Shown here piece by piece: positions 32,501-41,394 of a stretch of 64,000 nt of DNA. The stretch lies in assembly GCA_000004985.1 (NCBI GenBank), contig GG738889.1, one strand, 5' to 3'. The DNA comes from Naegleria gruberi (Eukaryota). Each line of letters opens with the position of its first letter. The first letter of the stretch is position 1. The position numbers were made by a program, and so were the translations under genes. The notes under the pieces were generated by a model. The model was not told the DNA's origin, ran no database searches, and saw nothing but the letters and a program-made list of their open reading frames with translations.

Positions 32501-34915
32501 TATTATACTGTTACATTGGTTGGTTTCTTCCTATTGTCAAGCTTTGCCTATCTGATATTTATGCTTGTTGAAATGACTTCAATGAAGAGAATAATGAAAC
32601 TCTATGAGAAGCAATTGAGCAAAGATGTTATTGGAAAGATCTATCATACCTTAGATAAGAAGACAACAGAAGTTGCTGATTCTCAATCTAAAGGTATTTC
32701 TCTTAATAGAATCAAACCAAGTGTCATACTTATTGGCTTGATTTTACTTATCATTCTAGTTACAGTAACCTGTTTGGTTTTATTATTTGTTGAAAGTTAT
32801 GAAAATTCAATTACATCATCACAGGTGATGGCAAGTGTAAGATTGACAGTTCAAGCAGCTGCTATTTTGCAAAGATTATCGTTTGCAGTTGGAGAAGTAG
32901 CTACATACTTTGTTGCTAGTGAGACTTCCAATACCAAATCACCTCTAGCCAGTTCTTTCCCTAGAAAGGTAACCTTTGGAGATCCAAGTTTATATGGAAT
33001 AGATATTGCAAGTTTACAAGCATTTTTAGTGGCACGTATAAACACAAGACTTCCTCAATTGAGTAGTATGTGGTCAAAATTAATTTATGGAGATGCAGCA
33101 TCTGGAAGAGAAGCTATTCTTGGTAAATTTGATGATGTTGATCAAGTAATTGTGACTGGAATTACTAATTGCACAGATTATATGGCCAAAAACAATATTA
33201 CATATGGCCTTGAAACTAGTTATCAGTATTGTGTTGGATTTGAAGAATTATTTGGTAATTATTTGACAACTGTTGCTCAGCTCGTTACAGATTCAAAGAA
33301 ACAGTATGCACTTCAACAAGCTGCCCTTAGCACTACAACTCTTCTTCCAACGGATGATTTACAATTGAGACATAACAATGCTATGAGAATGGCTTTATCC
33401 TTAACAAGCAAATTTGTGAAATTTATTCAAGAATTTGTGGATGCAACCTCTAGTGCTTCCTACATTATTGCAATCATTAGTACAATTATCAGCTACTTGC
33501 TATGTACAGTCTTCTTCTTTTTCCTTCAGAGTACTTATCAATCTTATGATGGTCAATTACACACTTTGAGAATAATGGCTCACTACATTCCAGTTGATGT
33601 TCTTGATAGAAATGAACAATTGAAGAACTTTATTCTATACAATACTACCAAGACAGAAAAGAAGAAGAAATCTCTGCTCTCTAAGGAAGGCTTTGTTGGA
33701 GGTTCCTCTCTTGAAGATTTGAAGAATATTTTCAATTCCAACATTGAGGGAACCACAATTTGTAATAGCAAGTTTGAAATTGAATTTTTCAATGCAGCTG
33801 CCCTCAAAATGTTTGGTATGCAATCAATTGATGTGTTGGGAGTTTCTATGGGAAATTTGATTGAGCCAACACAAAAAGATGAGCTCATTAATTGTATGGA
33901 TCATTTAATGAAGAAAAAGACAGGTGAAAATAACCTAAAGAAGGATGAAATTCAAACTAATGATCAATGCGAAGTTTTAGAATTAGACTGCATCAGAAGA
34001 AATCAAACAAAATTCCCATGCAAAATAACTTTAATTGCTGTTAAGGTTAGTGATGGAATAGGTCAAAAGCCAATCCTAATCGTCAGTCTTAAAGATTTAA
34101 CATCTGAAAAGAAACAAAATGCACTATTGAGTGAAGAGAAACAAAAATCAGACAATTTACTGAAAAACATATTACCAATGAGTGTTGCTTCGAGATTAAA
34201 GAGTGGACACACTTTCATTGCTGAAAAGTTGGATGATATCACTTGTTTCTTCTCAGATATGGTTGGATTTACTGCAATCAGTAGTGGACTTCAAGCAACT
34301 GACCTTGTGATGATGTTAAACTCTATTGTTAATGGATTTGATTTACTAACAGAGAAGTATGATTTGGAGAAGATCAAAACTATTGGAGATGCATACTTTT
34401 GTGTAGGAGGACTTCCAGGTGCAGCAACAAGTGATCATCCAGAACGAGTTCTCAAATTTGCTATTGAAACATTTGGTGTCATTAACGATTTCAATGCCAA
34501 TAATGCTGAAAGGAAATCGGTGACTGATAATCAAGAAGAATATCAACCAACTGAAGAACAGTCATCGCCTATCAAGGCAAAGATCAATATTCGAGTTGGA
34601 ATTAACACAGGAGCAGTTGTGGCAGGTGTTATTGGAATGAAAAAGTTTGCCTACGACTTGTGGGGTGATACAATCAATACTGCATCTCGTATGGAATCAA
34701 CATCAAAGAATGGAAGAATTCAAATTTCACGATCAACCTATGAAAGAGTTTTCGATTTGGGTTATGAATTTGAGGAAAGAGAAGTAGATGTGAAAGGAAA
34801 AGGAATTGTCAAGACTTATCTATTGAATGATAAGCATCATAGATATCTCAAAAACAATCCACTAATGTATTCAGCACAGAAGAGTGCTTCTTTGTTATTC
34901 ACTTCCCAACAATAA
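29564..34915 (+). CDS. Polytopic sensor-type class III nucleotidyl (probably adenylyl) cyclase, about 1783 aa. Order: N-terminal ~8-TM domain, cytoplasmic helical region, two TM helices bracketing a ~260-aa N-glycosylation-rich extracellular domain, more TM helices, PAS domain, coiled coil, C-terminal cyclase catalytic domain.
   Basis: One uninterrupted ORF. The track start at 29489 is GTG; the first in-frame ATG is 29564 (MSTNPY). Hydrophobic helices are at aa ~120-440 and again FVFTSTLLYGLLCFSFITASLVLSVYY, LLIYYTVTLVGFFLLSSFAYLIFMLV, VILIGLILLIILVTVTCLVLLFV and YIIAIISTIISYLLCTVFFFFL. PAS-like segment: GTTICNSKFEIEFFNAAALKMFGMQSIDVLGVSMGNLIEP. Catalytic core: FSDMVGFT...LEKIKTIGDAYFCVGGLP...YDLWGDTINTASRME. 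It has both metal-binding Asp residues, plus Lys (EKIKTIGD) and Asp (YDLWG) at the purine-specifying positions. Confidence 0.8.
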   Translation: MSTNPYLLPTSSTSMFSLGEVASSSQNVLAEQSSSHYSMGATGNEYNPSKAGTMSHTGSESIKSADTLSTTSEGGIRGQTKLLITTTLVSLQDSSPKKGWRCYVSYLLVFIYMFWCQVFVPTLGNYGWGEYGTYVLIHVLNFPNTFLVHLIPFYGYLAITIATILFVLTMAVLYIVGVRLATKPNKHFNKFKVLVYYLSFFVKTFSLPIVYILVGLLDCNSIAYDVDGDPIPSLRRYSSQSCTDDLNIIMMIISVISLLILLPVYFFSESITANSNPHNRTPLMVESSFPTSIIGVISLIQLIIGQLIPSNYMYISAALQLLLSVIATIIAGYSLPCFRIIDNSLYFGMNLAKVGASIGSVVASSLNTANILNTSDPTLGWSLMTLGLMILFFVIGVAILEVFQRIQLKRARSFILNWVQQDETAINSDPISPLILIEKNAMNIYGDAEDAKLLGLLRHMFKCSILEARDAKGTSYTNSDLSSAFVKGAASHNSFNDLKLLIYSSILLETKWNESNNTVFSLNLLKRAMKQHPNGLEQITIRERIKQVENFSQTNFKNLTNFELSSQLDLLEKNQNILLTLHRNFWKELASEKINYDSVEKINRAIHSLTIDCRTTLQNLMYNHKNNKTIYRLYANFIESFEFDSDLAQQYYNEANSIEEEEMKRKRRMSTFSNNGKRGGNRVVPVMNEYKFGNAEAVEDQDLDEMESAFDNPKVKKEQVFKTAISNQRSNRFVFTSTLLYGLLCFSFITASLVLSVYYSKTSKNNIPYLQQVCAVSVAPFSVFRNVRAGQNWMNFYMLFENVWPAINPESNTKTRSKSSYVTSHKQRMLDDLAYYDTLVSTAQSKIFDSDSYIDYSENVYPFAYPNEDKQFNYNGALTIRNISVQEITNNMIKYTKKFYADVPDTYLLASEAINITYAKKKLNLDLAANSTYFNPLANYNFMVLYSNIERASNAYDAFCGKYLDRSTSTINDTINLLIYYTVTLVGFFLLSSFAYLIFMLVEMTSMKRIMKLYEKQLSKDVIGKIYHTLDKKTTEVADSQSKGISLNRIKPSVILIGLILLIILVTVTCLVLLFVESYENSITSSQVMASVRLTVQAAAILQRLSFAVGEVATYFVASETSNTKSPLASSFPRKVTFGDPSLYGIDIASLQAFLVARINTRLPQLSSMWSKLIYGDAASGREAILGKFDDVDQVIVTGITNCTDYMAKNNITYGLETSYQYCVGFEELFGNYLTTVAQLVTDSKKQYALQQAALSTTTLLPTDDLQLRHNNAMRMALSLTSKFVKFIQEFVDATSSASYIIAIISTIISYLLCTVFFFFLQSTYQSYDGQLHTLRIMAHYIPVDVLDRNEQLKNFILYNTTKTEKKKKSLLSKEGFVGGSSLEDLKNIFNSNIEGTTICNSKFEIEFFNAAALKMFGMQSIDVLGVSMGNLIEPTQKDELINCMDHLMKKKTGENNLKKDEIQTNDQCEVLELDCIRRNQTKFPCKITLIAVKVSDGIGQKPILIVSLKDLTSEKKQNALLSEEKQKSDNLLKNILPMSVASRLKSGHTFIAEKLDDITCFFSDMVGFTAISSGLQATDLVMMLNSIVNGFDLLTEKYDLEKIKTIGDAYFCVGGLPGAATSDHPERVLKFAIETFGVINDFNANNAERKSVTDNQEEYQPTEEQSSPIKAKINIRVGINTGAVVAGVIGMKKFAYDLWGDTINTASRMESTSKNGRIQISRSTYERVFDLGYEFEEREVDVKGKGIVKTYLLNDKHHRYLKNNPLMYSAQKSASLLFTSQQ

Positions 34916-35099
34916 ATAATTGAATGTGTCCAGCCATAAGTTAAATTGTTTATTTCGCCCGTTGATTTGGAATTTCAGCAATACACATTCTCTTGTCTGA
35001 AATTCCAATATTTATTTGAAAATGCGAAATAATTGCTGGTGGAGCTAATTTTATTCACAACCTATAATATCGCTTAATATTTTAAGGTCAAATTTTCAA

Positions 35100-36570
35100 T
35101 TATTCGTAATCAAAAAAGTCCTCCTCAAAACAAAGCTCTTGTGCTGTAGATATTCCATTAACGAGTTGGAATGCCTTTCTACTAGCTCCGCTTTCCGTAC
35201 CAGGATTGTAGTAATAATCTCGAATGTAAAAGAGTTTCTTACTACAGCCAGTTAGGTATTGAAACAATAAATCCAAAAGTGCCTCAGCATCACTGGTTCC
35301 ATTTCCTAATATTTTCTCAATCTCTTCTAGATAGTTCGTAGCGAAAGAGTCTGAAATCAAGAACTGTTCATCTTTTTCAGAACTATTTGCATAGAGTGTT
35401 TTTGAATTTTGTGGATTGTCGAAATATAAGGATAAATATACATCAACGAAAGTTTCATCTCCATTAAAGTATTCCCAGCTGTATTTCAAATAAAAGAATT
35501 CAAACTGTTCTTCAAGATTTCCCCTTATTTTGAGTGTAAATTCAACCATTTCGTAATACTCTACTCCCCTAAAAACTCGAATGACATCCACTTTAGAACA
35601 TGGAGTAAAGTTGTTGAAAATAGGTAAGGGTTTTCTGATCTCTGCTATTCTCTTACAGGACAAGTTTTTGGCGCTTGATTGAATGAATTTCAATATTGAC
35701 ATGATCGTTTTTTTTTTCAAGTTTAGAGATCTTGTCAATTATTTGCGATCCAAAGTTAATTCCCTTAATACTTTTTGCATTTGTACACCATCCAAACTTG
35801 TTGAGCTCCATTCTGCCAGTTCCCCCATTTGTGTATTTCTTAATGATAAATGCAATGTCCTCACGATCTTCTGTTGGAAGAAGAGTGGTAATAAATTCTT
35901 CCACATTCTTATTGGCTCCAAAATTAGTTTCACTCAATATCTTATCTATTTCATGTTTTTGGACATGCACTATATTTCTAGAGCGTCCAACTGTGTCATA
36001 ATGAATAAGAAGTGTGCCATTGCATGAAACCACAATCTTTCTAAGAAACTTTGTAGATTGAAACCGTGTCAAGTCGATATTAATCAATACACACTCATCT
36101 GAATCTCTTTTGGGAAACTTTAAAACGGATGCAATAAAAGAACCATTTCCAGTGTCGGCTTCATCTTTACAAAATATGGACCACAAAGGATTTCTCTCCA
36201 TTAATTCATTACTGTTCAAGAAATCAATTTCAGCATTCAATCTATAAATAATACCATACAGGAAATTCCTCTTATCCACTTCGGAATCAAACTCATCACA
36301 TGCTTTTTTCATTAAAACAACATTTTTCCTAGAATGATGATGATATTCAAAATTAACACTGCTATCCATAATATCTTGTATTGATTTACATGTGGCATAC
36401 AATGAGCATTGATCAGCCAAAGTGGAAAAGCTACAAATTTCATCTAAAATTCCTAATTCTATCGGGAAACAATTCATCACCATTGTTGCGTTAGATGATG
36501 ATTGATTTTCCTTCCGAATTTTTTGTCCTTCATATTTGCCAGCTTCATTGTCTTTTAAACTTCTTTTCAT
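35100..36570 (-). CDS. F-box-like protein. Likely two exons, complement(35657..36570) and complement(35100..35568), about 460 aa. Alternatively, two ORFs separated by a frameshift in an A10 run.
   Basis: Upstream ORF (ATG at 36570) has the F-box-like FPIELGILDEICSFSTLADQCSLYATCKSIQDIM. It overlaps the downstream ORF (35100..35738, TTG start in the track) in another frame. An 88-nt intron (35656..35569; GTAAGA...TTTTTAG) joins ...KRQKLV-L-GVEYYEMVEF... in frame. The overlap also contains AAAAAAAAAA (A10), a classic indel site, so a sequencing or real frameshift cannot be excluded. Confidence 0.45.
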
Positions 36571-36708
36571 TTTTTTTTGTAATTTAATTTGTTGTTGGCT
36601 TCCCTACTGAAATGAGATATATTGAATGCCACTATCAGGTAAGGTAGGTAATTCAGAAAGATGCTTTGCAATGAAATATTGCAGTAATATTTTCATAATT
36701 TACAAGAT

Positions 36709-36780
36709 TCCCGTGTAGTCCAATGGCTAGGATACCTGGCTTTCACCCAGGAGGTCCGGGTTCAATTCCCGGCATGGGAG
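36709..36780 (+). tRNA. tRNA-Glu (anticodon TTC), 72 nt.
   Basis: TCCCGTGTAGTCCAATGGCTAGGATACCTGGCTTTCACCCAGGAGGTCCGGGTTCAATTCCCGGCATGGGAG folds as a cloverleaf. Acceptor TCCCGTG/CATGGGA plus discriminator G. Anticodon stem CCTGG/CCAGG with loop CTTTCAC. T-arm CCGGG-TTCAATT-CCCGG. A T-rich tract (TTTTAACTTTTTC) follows as a Pol III terminator. Confidence 0.9.
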
Positions 36781-37031
36781 AATCATTTTAACTTTTTCAT
36801 TGACCTGGGATAGAGCACTAACAATATTTTTCAAACCAACTTTAAACCAAGTTGTGGAAAGATGATCAGCAATGTTTCCCTAATTTCCTTTCTTCCAGTC
36901 CTATTGAATAAGCTCATCAAATTGATTTCTCAAAGGTGAAAAATGATTCGTCTCATTCCGGACTTGGTCCTTGCTTCGAATAATAATATCTGATGGGGGG
37001 CGATTGGTAAACAAATTCTATTCTTTAAAAA

Positions 37032-38392
37032 ATGTCAACAACTCTTACTGAGAGTGTTAACACTCCAACCCACACCAATGGTGTTGTTGCTGCTGCTAGT
37101 AGTCCTCCAACTACTCCAACTACTCCAACTAACAAGTTAATTATTAAACCAACCTATGCACCAACTGAAGAGTACTTGCAAAAGGTTAAATATGCTGAAG
37201 CTAATGATCTCTTCCTTCATGAAAAGGATACCACACTTGCTGTCAAGTCTATTCGTAATACTATCAAGAATGAAGAGGCTCGTCTTCGTAGAAAGTACAA
37301 GTTCCTCCAATATCAAGATGCTTTGGGCTTGTTAATCTTTCTCGTTGGTGTTACTTCAATGATTGGTGTTGCTACCTTGTATTTACAAGGACGTCTTCAT
37401 TGGGCATTGGTTGTACCATTGCTTGCTTTACCTGCTTCCATTTTGCATGAATTGGAACATGATTTGATTCATAATTTGTATTTCAAGACTAATCAATGGG
37501 TTCATCATGTCATGTACTTTTTCATTTACCTAGCTAAATGTTCAGTTACTCCATGGTATAGAAAGTTTATTCATTTGCGTCATCATCAAGTTTCTGGATC
37601 AAAGGCTGATCTTGAAGAGAGATTAATTGGTGGTGGTCTACCATTTGGTTTCTTACGTTGGGCACTAATTATTACTCCATGGGCCAATACAATGATTATT
37701 GAAGATGTTCAAAAAGATAATATGGATAATTGGAATAGATGGGGTCTTGTATTCACTTCTGCTCCAAGCGTTGTTTCATTCGCAATTGTTTGGCACCTAT
37801 TCTTCAGTTATATTCGTTCAATGTTTGGTCTCACTTTCACCGAATATGATCCTGCTTTGTATTTACCGTTGTGGGCTTGGCCAATTGTTAGAGATTTGGG
37901 TGTCTTGATTATTTTACCTAACATTTTGAGACAATCCTGTTTAAATTTAATGGCTTCCTATTGTCATTATTATGCTGATGTTCCTGCAGGTGATGTTTTT
38001 TATCAAGGTTTGTTTTTATTATTATTTAATATTTAATATTTATATATATTTATATTTAATATTTAATATTATTATTATTGCTTTTCATAATAACAGGACA
38101 AGTTATTAATCATTGGACAATGATTCCATTCCAATTATTCTGCTTTAATTTTGGTGCCACTCACATTATTCATCACTTTGTACCAAATCAACCATTTTAT
38201 ATTCGTGAGATTATTTCCAGAAAGGCTAATGCTGAAATGATCAGACAAGGTGTTAGAAATAATGATTGGGGTATTGTTGCTCGTGCTAACCGTTTCTATG
38301 AAACTTCAAAGGGTTTAACTGAAATGGACAAGACTCAAATCGTTCAACCAGATCAATGGCCAATTCTTTTAAAGAAGGAAAAATCTGATTAA
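37032..38392 (+). CDS. Membrane di-iron desaturase/hydroxylase superfamily protein (three His boxes). Two exons, 37032..38007 and 38097..38392, about 424 aa.
   Basis: ATG at 37032. His boxes are HELEHDLIH, HLRHHQ and HIIHHF. The third box is only in frame after removing an 89-nt AT-rich intron (38008..38096; GTTTGT...TAACAG), which joins ...DVFYQ-G-QVINHWTMIPFQLF.... There are multiple TM helices. The fold family (fatty-acid desaturase vs sterol/sphingolipid hydroxylase type) is not resolved. Confidence 0.6.
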
Positions 38393-38855
38393 TTTATTAT
38401 TACATTGACACTAACATGATATTGGTCATTCATTGTTGTACAACAATAAGAAGAATAAATTATTAGATGACTTTGGCCAATGTCATTGATGTGATAACAT
38501 ATGTCGCTGTGCAACTACCTGACATTCTAATAATGTTTCGTATTGCATAAATTTATACTTCCAATAGTTCATCACACATTTTAAACTTGTGGAAGTCTTG
38601 AAATACAGACAAAAGATTTAATCAGAATCAGAGAGAAAGCATCATATCGATACTCAAGTATTAACGAGTATAACATTCCATTTGAAAAATTCTGAACATT
38701 CATTTCACTTCCTTCACTCACTTATGAAAATGCAAAAACAAAAACCTGACAAAATTAGTCACTTTTATGTAAAAGGAAAGAAGTATTCCTAAATAGATAT
38801 CCTGTTATCCAAACTCACAAGAAAAAGTTACTTGTCAACAAACAAATTAGAAAAA

Positions 38856-40898
38856 ATGCAACGAGTTGGCAGAGCTAGTTGGGTTAGATCCGCTCATACA
38901 ACCTTTTTCATTATATTCTTGTTGGTGTTGTTTTTAATTCAAGTCAACTGCCACACATCAAGTTTGATAGATTTAAAGGAAAGTTATCGGCCCGTGTATG
39001 CTAATCAATCCCAATGTATGGTTAAACCATTTGATGATCCAATTAGATTTGAATGGTCCTTGGAATGCCAAAACGTCACTTGTAATAATTTAAAAATTGG
39101 ATTATCTAAAATGTCACCAACTCTTTGCTTGGCAATACAATTATTCTCGGATGATGATTGGATTTTCGAGCATTTAAACAATACTGATAATTACAAGATG
39201 AATGTTGGTAAACATGTGATGTCTGACAATGTCAGATATCGATTATTTTGTTATTATCAGAATATGGGAGCTTTAGACTTTGAAGTTCCACCACGAGCAT
39301 TTTGTTTGACGAGGAATGGAAGTGAATATTCAACGAATTGCACAGATGGATATGCTAATGAGAAATTGGACGAATTGATTGGAGAAAGTTATTGGAATTT
39401 CACTAGACGAAAGCAGTTTCATCAATATTCATGGAAAATGACCAACTTGACAGTGGAAATACCCATCAAATTGGATCAATCAAATCAAACAGGATTACAA
39501 ATGCATGTCATGTTAATTGACTTGTATTCTTATCCTCAAAAATTTGAATTGAGATTTATTGGAAACCCTTATTATATAATACCATTAATTACAAATTATT
39601 CAATGAGTGAATTTTCGAATAGAACATGGGATCCTCAGTGTGATGATTTAACTTATAATTCACGACCTCAATACTATATTTGGAAATTAATCGCCATCTC
39701 AATTGGATTGGTTGACTTTAGTACGGTTTTAATTCTATTGATATGTAGAAGAAAGCACCGTATTATACAGAGTCGATTTATTATTCCCTACTTTACCTCA
39801 TGCATGTATATATTGCAAGGGATAACAAATATTTTTTTGAATGTTTTCTATTATGATCCTGAATGGGATGCCTTAATTGAGGAATTAGTTTTGATTGTGG
39901 TCATGTCACTACACTTGTTGCAGGGGATGAGGTATTATATTTCTAGATTGATGTATTCGAGATTTTATTCGAAACGAGATGGAATATTGATGAAGATTCT
40001 CCTGTCAAAAGTTTACTTTCTAATAGCCATTATTTCTGTTTTGATTTTAGAAGCAATTGTCGTTGCCGTAATAATGACTAATCTTCCATATGTTGATATG
40101 GTTGATTTTTATACTTATTTTTCAATTATTTGTGGAATTAGCTATTTAATCTTACTTGGAATTGGAATGACTGTTCACATTATTGTAAACTTTAAATTTG
40201 CAAGAAAGTTAAAGAGTGCCAAGCAGATTTTCAGGTGGTTCTTTTTACATGATGACAGCTTTGGATATAATGGTGAATTTCTGGTGTTTGTTGTGATTTA
40301 TATTTTGGCAGGATTGTTTTTTTTACTTTCTTCCCTTTCTGGAGGTTATCTCACTTCTACTTTATATGTGAGTACGAGACCCATTTCTAAACTGTATTTG
40401 AACAATGGTTTTGGATATGCCCTGTATGGATGTGGTAAAATTCTCTTTACTGTTGGATATAGTTTACAACTTTGGTTTCTTGTAATTATGACATTTTTCA
40501 AGAAGGAGAAGGAGAAAACTGACATTCAACAACTCAAGGAAGAGATGGATATATTCTTTTCCAAGTCATTTAATGATGGATCTGTCTGTATTGAAATTAT
40601 GAAACGATTTCTAGTGTTGGAATTCAAATTGGAATTATTGGAAATTTACATTTTCTTGTCCCAACATCCAAAATCAACATTGATGGATTTAATTCAGAAA
40701 TATCCTCAGAATTACTTTGCAATTGTTCGATATTTCAAGAAATCAAATCTGGATAGCAATTATCAAGAATGTTATCTCGAGTCAACTGAACTTTTAGTGG
40801 AAGCTTTTATAAGATTAAAGTTGACAGTCATTTACGAGAAGGAATATTTGGAAAGGATGAAAGAGGAAATTCAGTTTGTGCTGGAATGTATAAAATAG
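38856..40898 (+). CDS. Receptor-like 7TM protein with a signal peptide, a ~290-aa Cys-containing N-glycosylated ectodomain and a divergent RGS-like cytoplasmic tail, 680 aa.
   Basis: The track start at 38832 is TTG; the ATG is at 38856 (MQRVGRASWVRSAHTTFFIIFLLVLFLIQVNC). NxS/T sites are NQS, NVT, NNL, NYS and NRT. Seven hydrophobic helices lie between YIWKLIAISIGLVDFSTVLILLI and LYGCGKILFTVGYSLQLWFLVIM. The tail FFSKSFNDGSVCIEIMKRFLVLEFKLELLEIYIFLSQH resembles an RGS core. The architecture parallels the gene at 53433. Confidence 0.55.
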   Translation: MQRVGRASWVRSAHTTFFIIFLLVLFLIQVNCHTSSLIDLKESYRPVYANQSQCMVKPFDDPIRFEWSLECQNVTCNNLKIGLSKMSPTLCLAIQLFSDDDWIFEHLNNTDNYKMNVGKHVMSDNVRYRLFCYYQNMGALDFEVPPRAFCLTRNGSEYSTNCTDGYANEKLDELIGESYWNFTRRKQFHQYSWKMTNLTVEIPIKLDQSNQTGLQMHVMLIDLYSYPQKFELRFIGNPYYIIPLITNYSMSEFSNRTWDPQCDDLTYNSRPQYYIWKLIAISIGLVDFSTVLILLICRRKHRIIQSRFIIPYFTSCMYILQGITNIFLNVFYYDPEWDALIEELVLIVVMSLHLLQGMRYYISRLMYSRFYSKRDGILMKILLSKVYFLIAIISVLILEAIVVAVIMTNLPYVDMVDFYTYFSIICGISYLILLGIGMTVHIIVNFKFARKLKSAKQIFRWFFLHDDSFGYNGEFLVFVVIYILAGLFFLLSSLSGGYLTSTLYVSTRPISKLYLNNGFGYALYGCGKILFTVGYSLQLWFLVIMTFFKKEKEKTDIQQLKEEMDIFFSKSFNDGSVCIEIMKRFLVLEFKLELLEIYIFLSQHPKSTLMDLIQKYPQNYFAIVRYFKKSNLDSNYQECYLESTELLVEAFIRLKLTVIYEKEYLERMKEEIQFVLECIK

Positions 40899-40935
40899 GT
40901 GTTGGTTGATATCAGCTAATGAAGAATAGTCAGTG

Positions 40936-41073
40936 ATGCACAGAAAGAAGTTAATCCCTATTCACAGTAAGGATGTATAATTGAATAGTGCTTTCAATAT
41001 TTTAAGAATGAATGTGAGGCAGATACTATAACAAAAGTGGAAAGTACTTCATGCTAATTGGAATTTCAATCAG
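40936..41073 (+). pseudogene. Degenerate, internally deleted fragment copied from the 5' end of exon 2 of the mitochondrial carrier gene (16428-16680).
   Basis: The stretch atgcacagaaagaagttaatccctattcacagtaaggatgtataattgaatagtgctttcaatattttaagaatgaatgtgaggcagatac matches 16428-16520 at about 90% identity. It has stop-creating changes (TCA->TAA, AAA->TAG) and a ~100-nt internal deletion before the resumed match at aattggaatttcaatca. It lies 38 nt downstream of the 7TM gene's stop codon. Confidence 0.7.
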
Positions 41074-41394
41074 TACCAATAAAAAAATATTGGCAAACGT
41101 TGAATATTCAATTCCAGGCACTCGAGATTAATTTTTGACTCTATCCCCAATATTTGAGTTTTACATTTTTCATCATAGGTGGAATGATATGTACTCTAAC
41201 TAAGAATCAATTTTCAAAGTTTCATCTCTTAAAACCACCGAGAAAATAATCAAAGATTATTTTTTTATTTTCCTACATGTAATTCTTCAATTTAATTTAA
41301 GGAATGGATTGATATTCAATTTATATGAAAAAACTATTTCATGCATTAACAAAGATGAGACTATTTGTGGTGAACTTTCGATTGTTTAAAAAAA

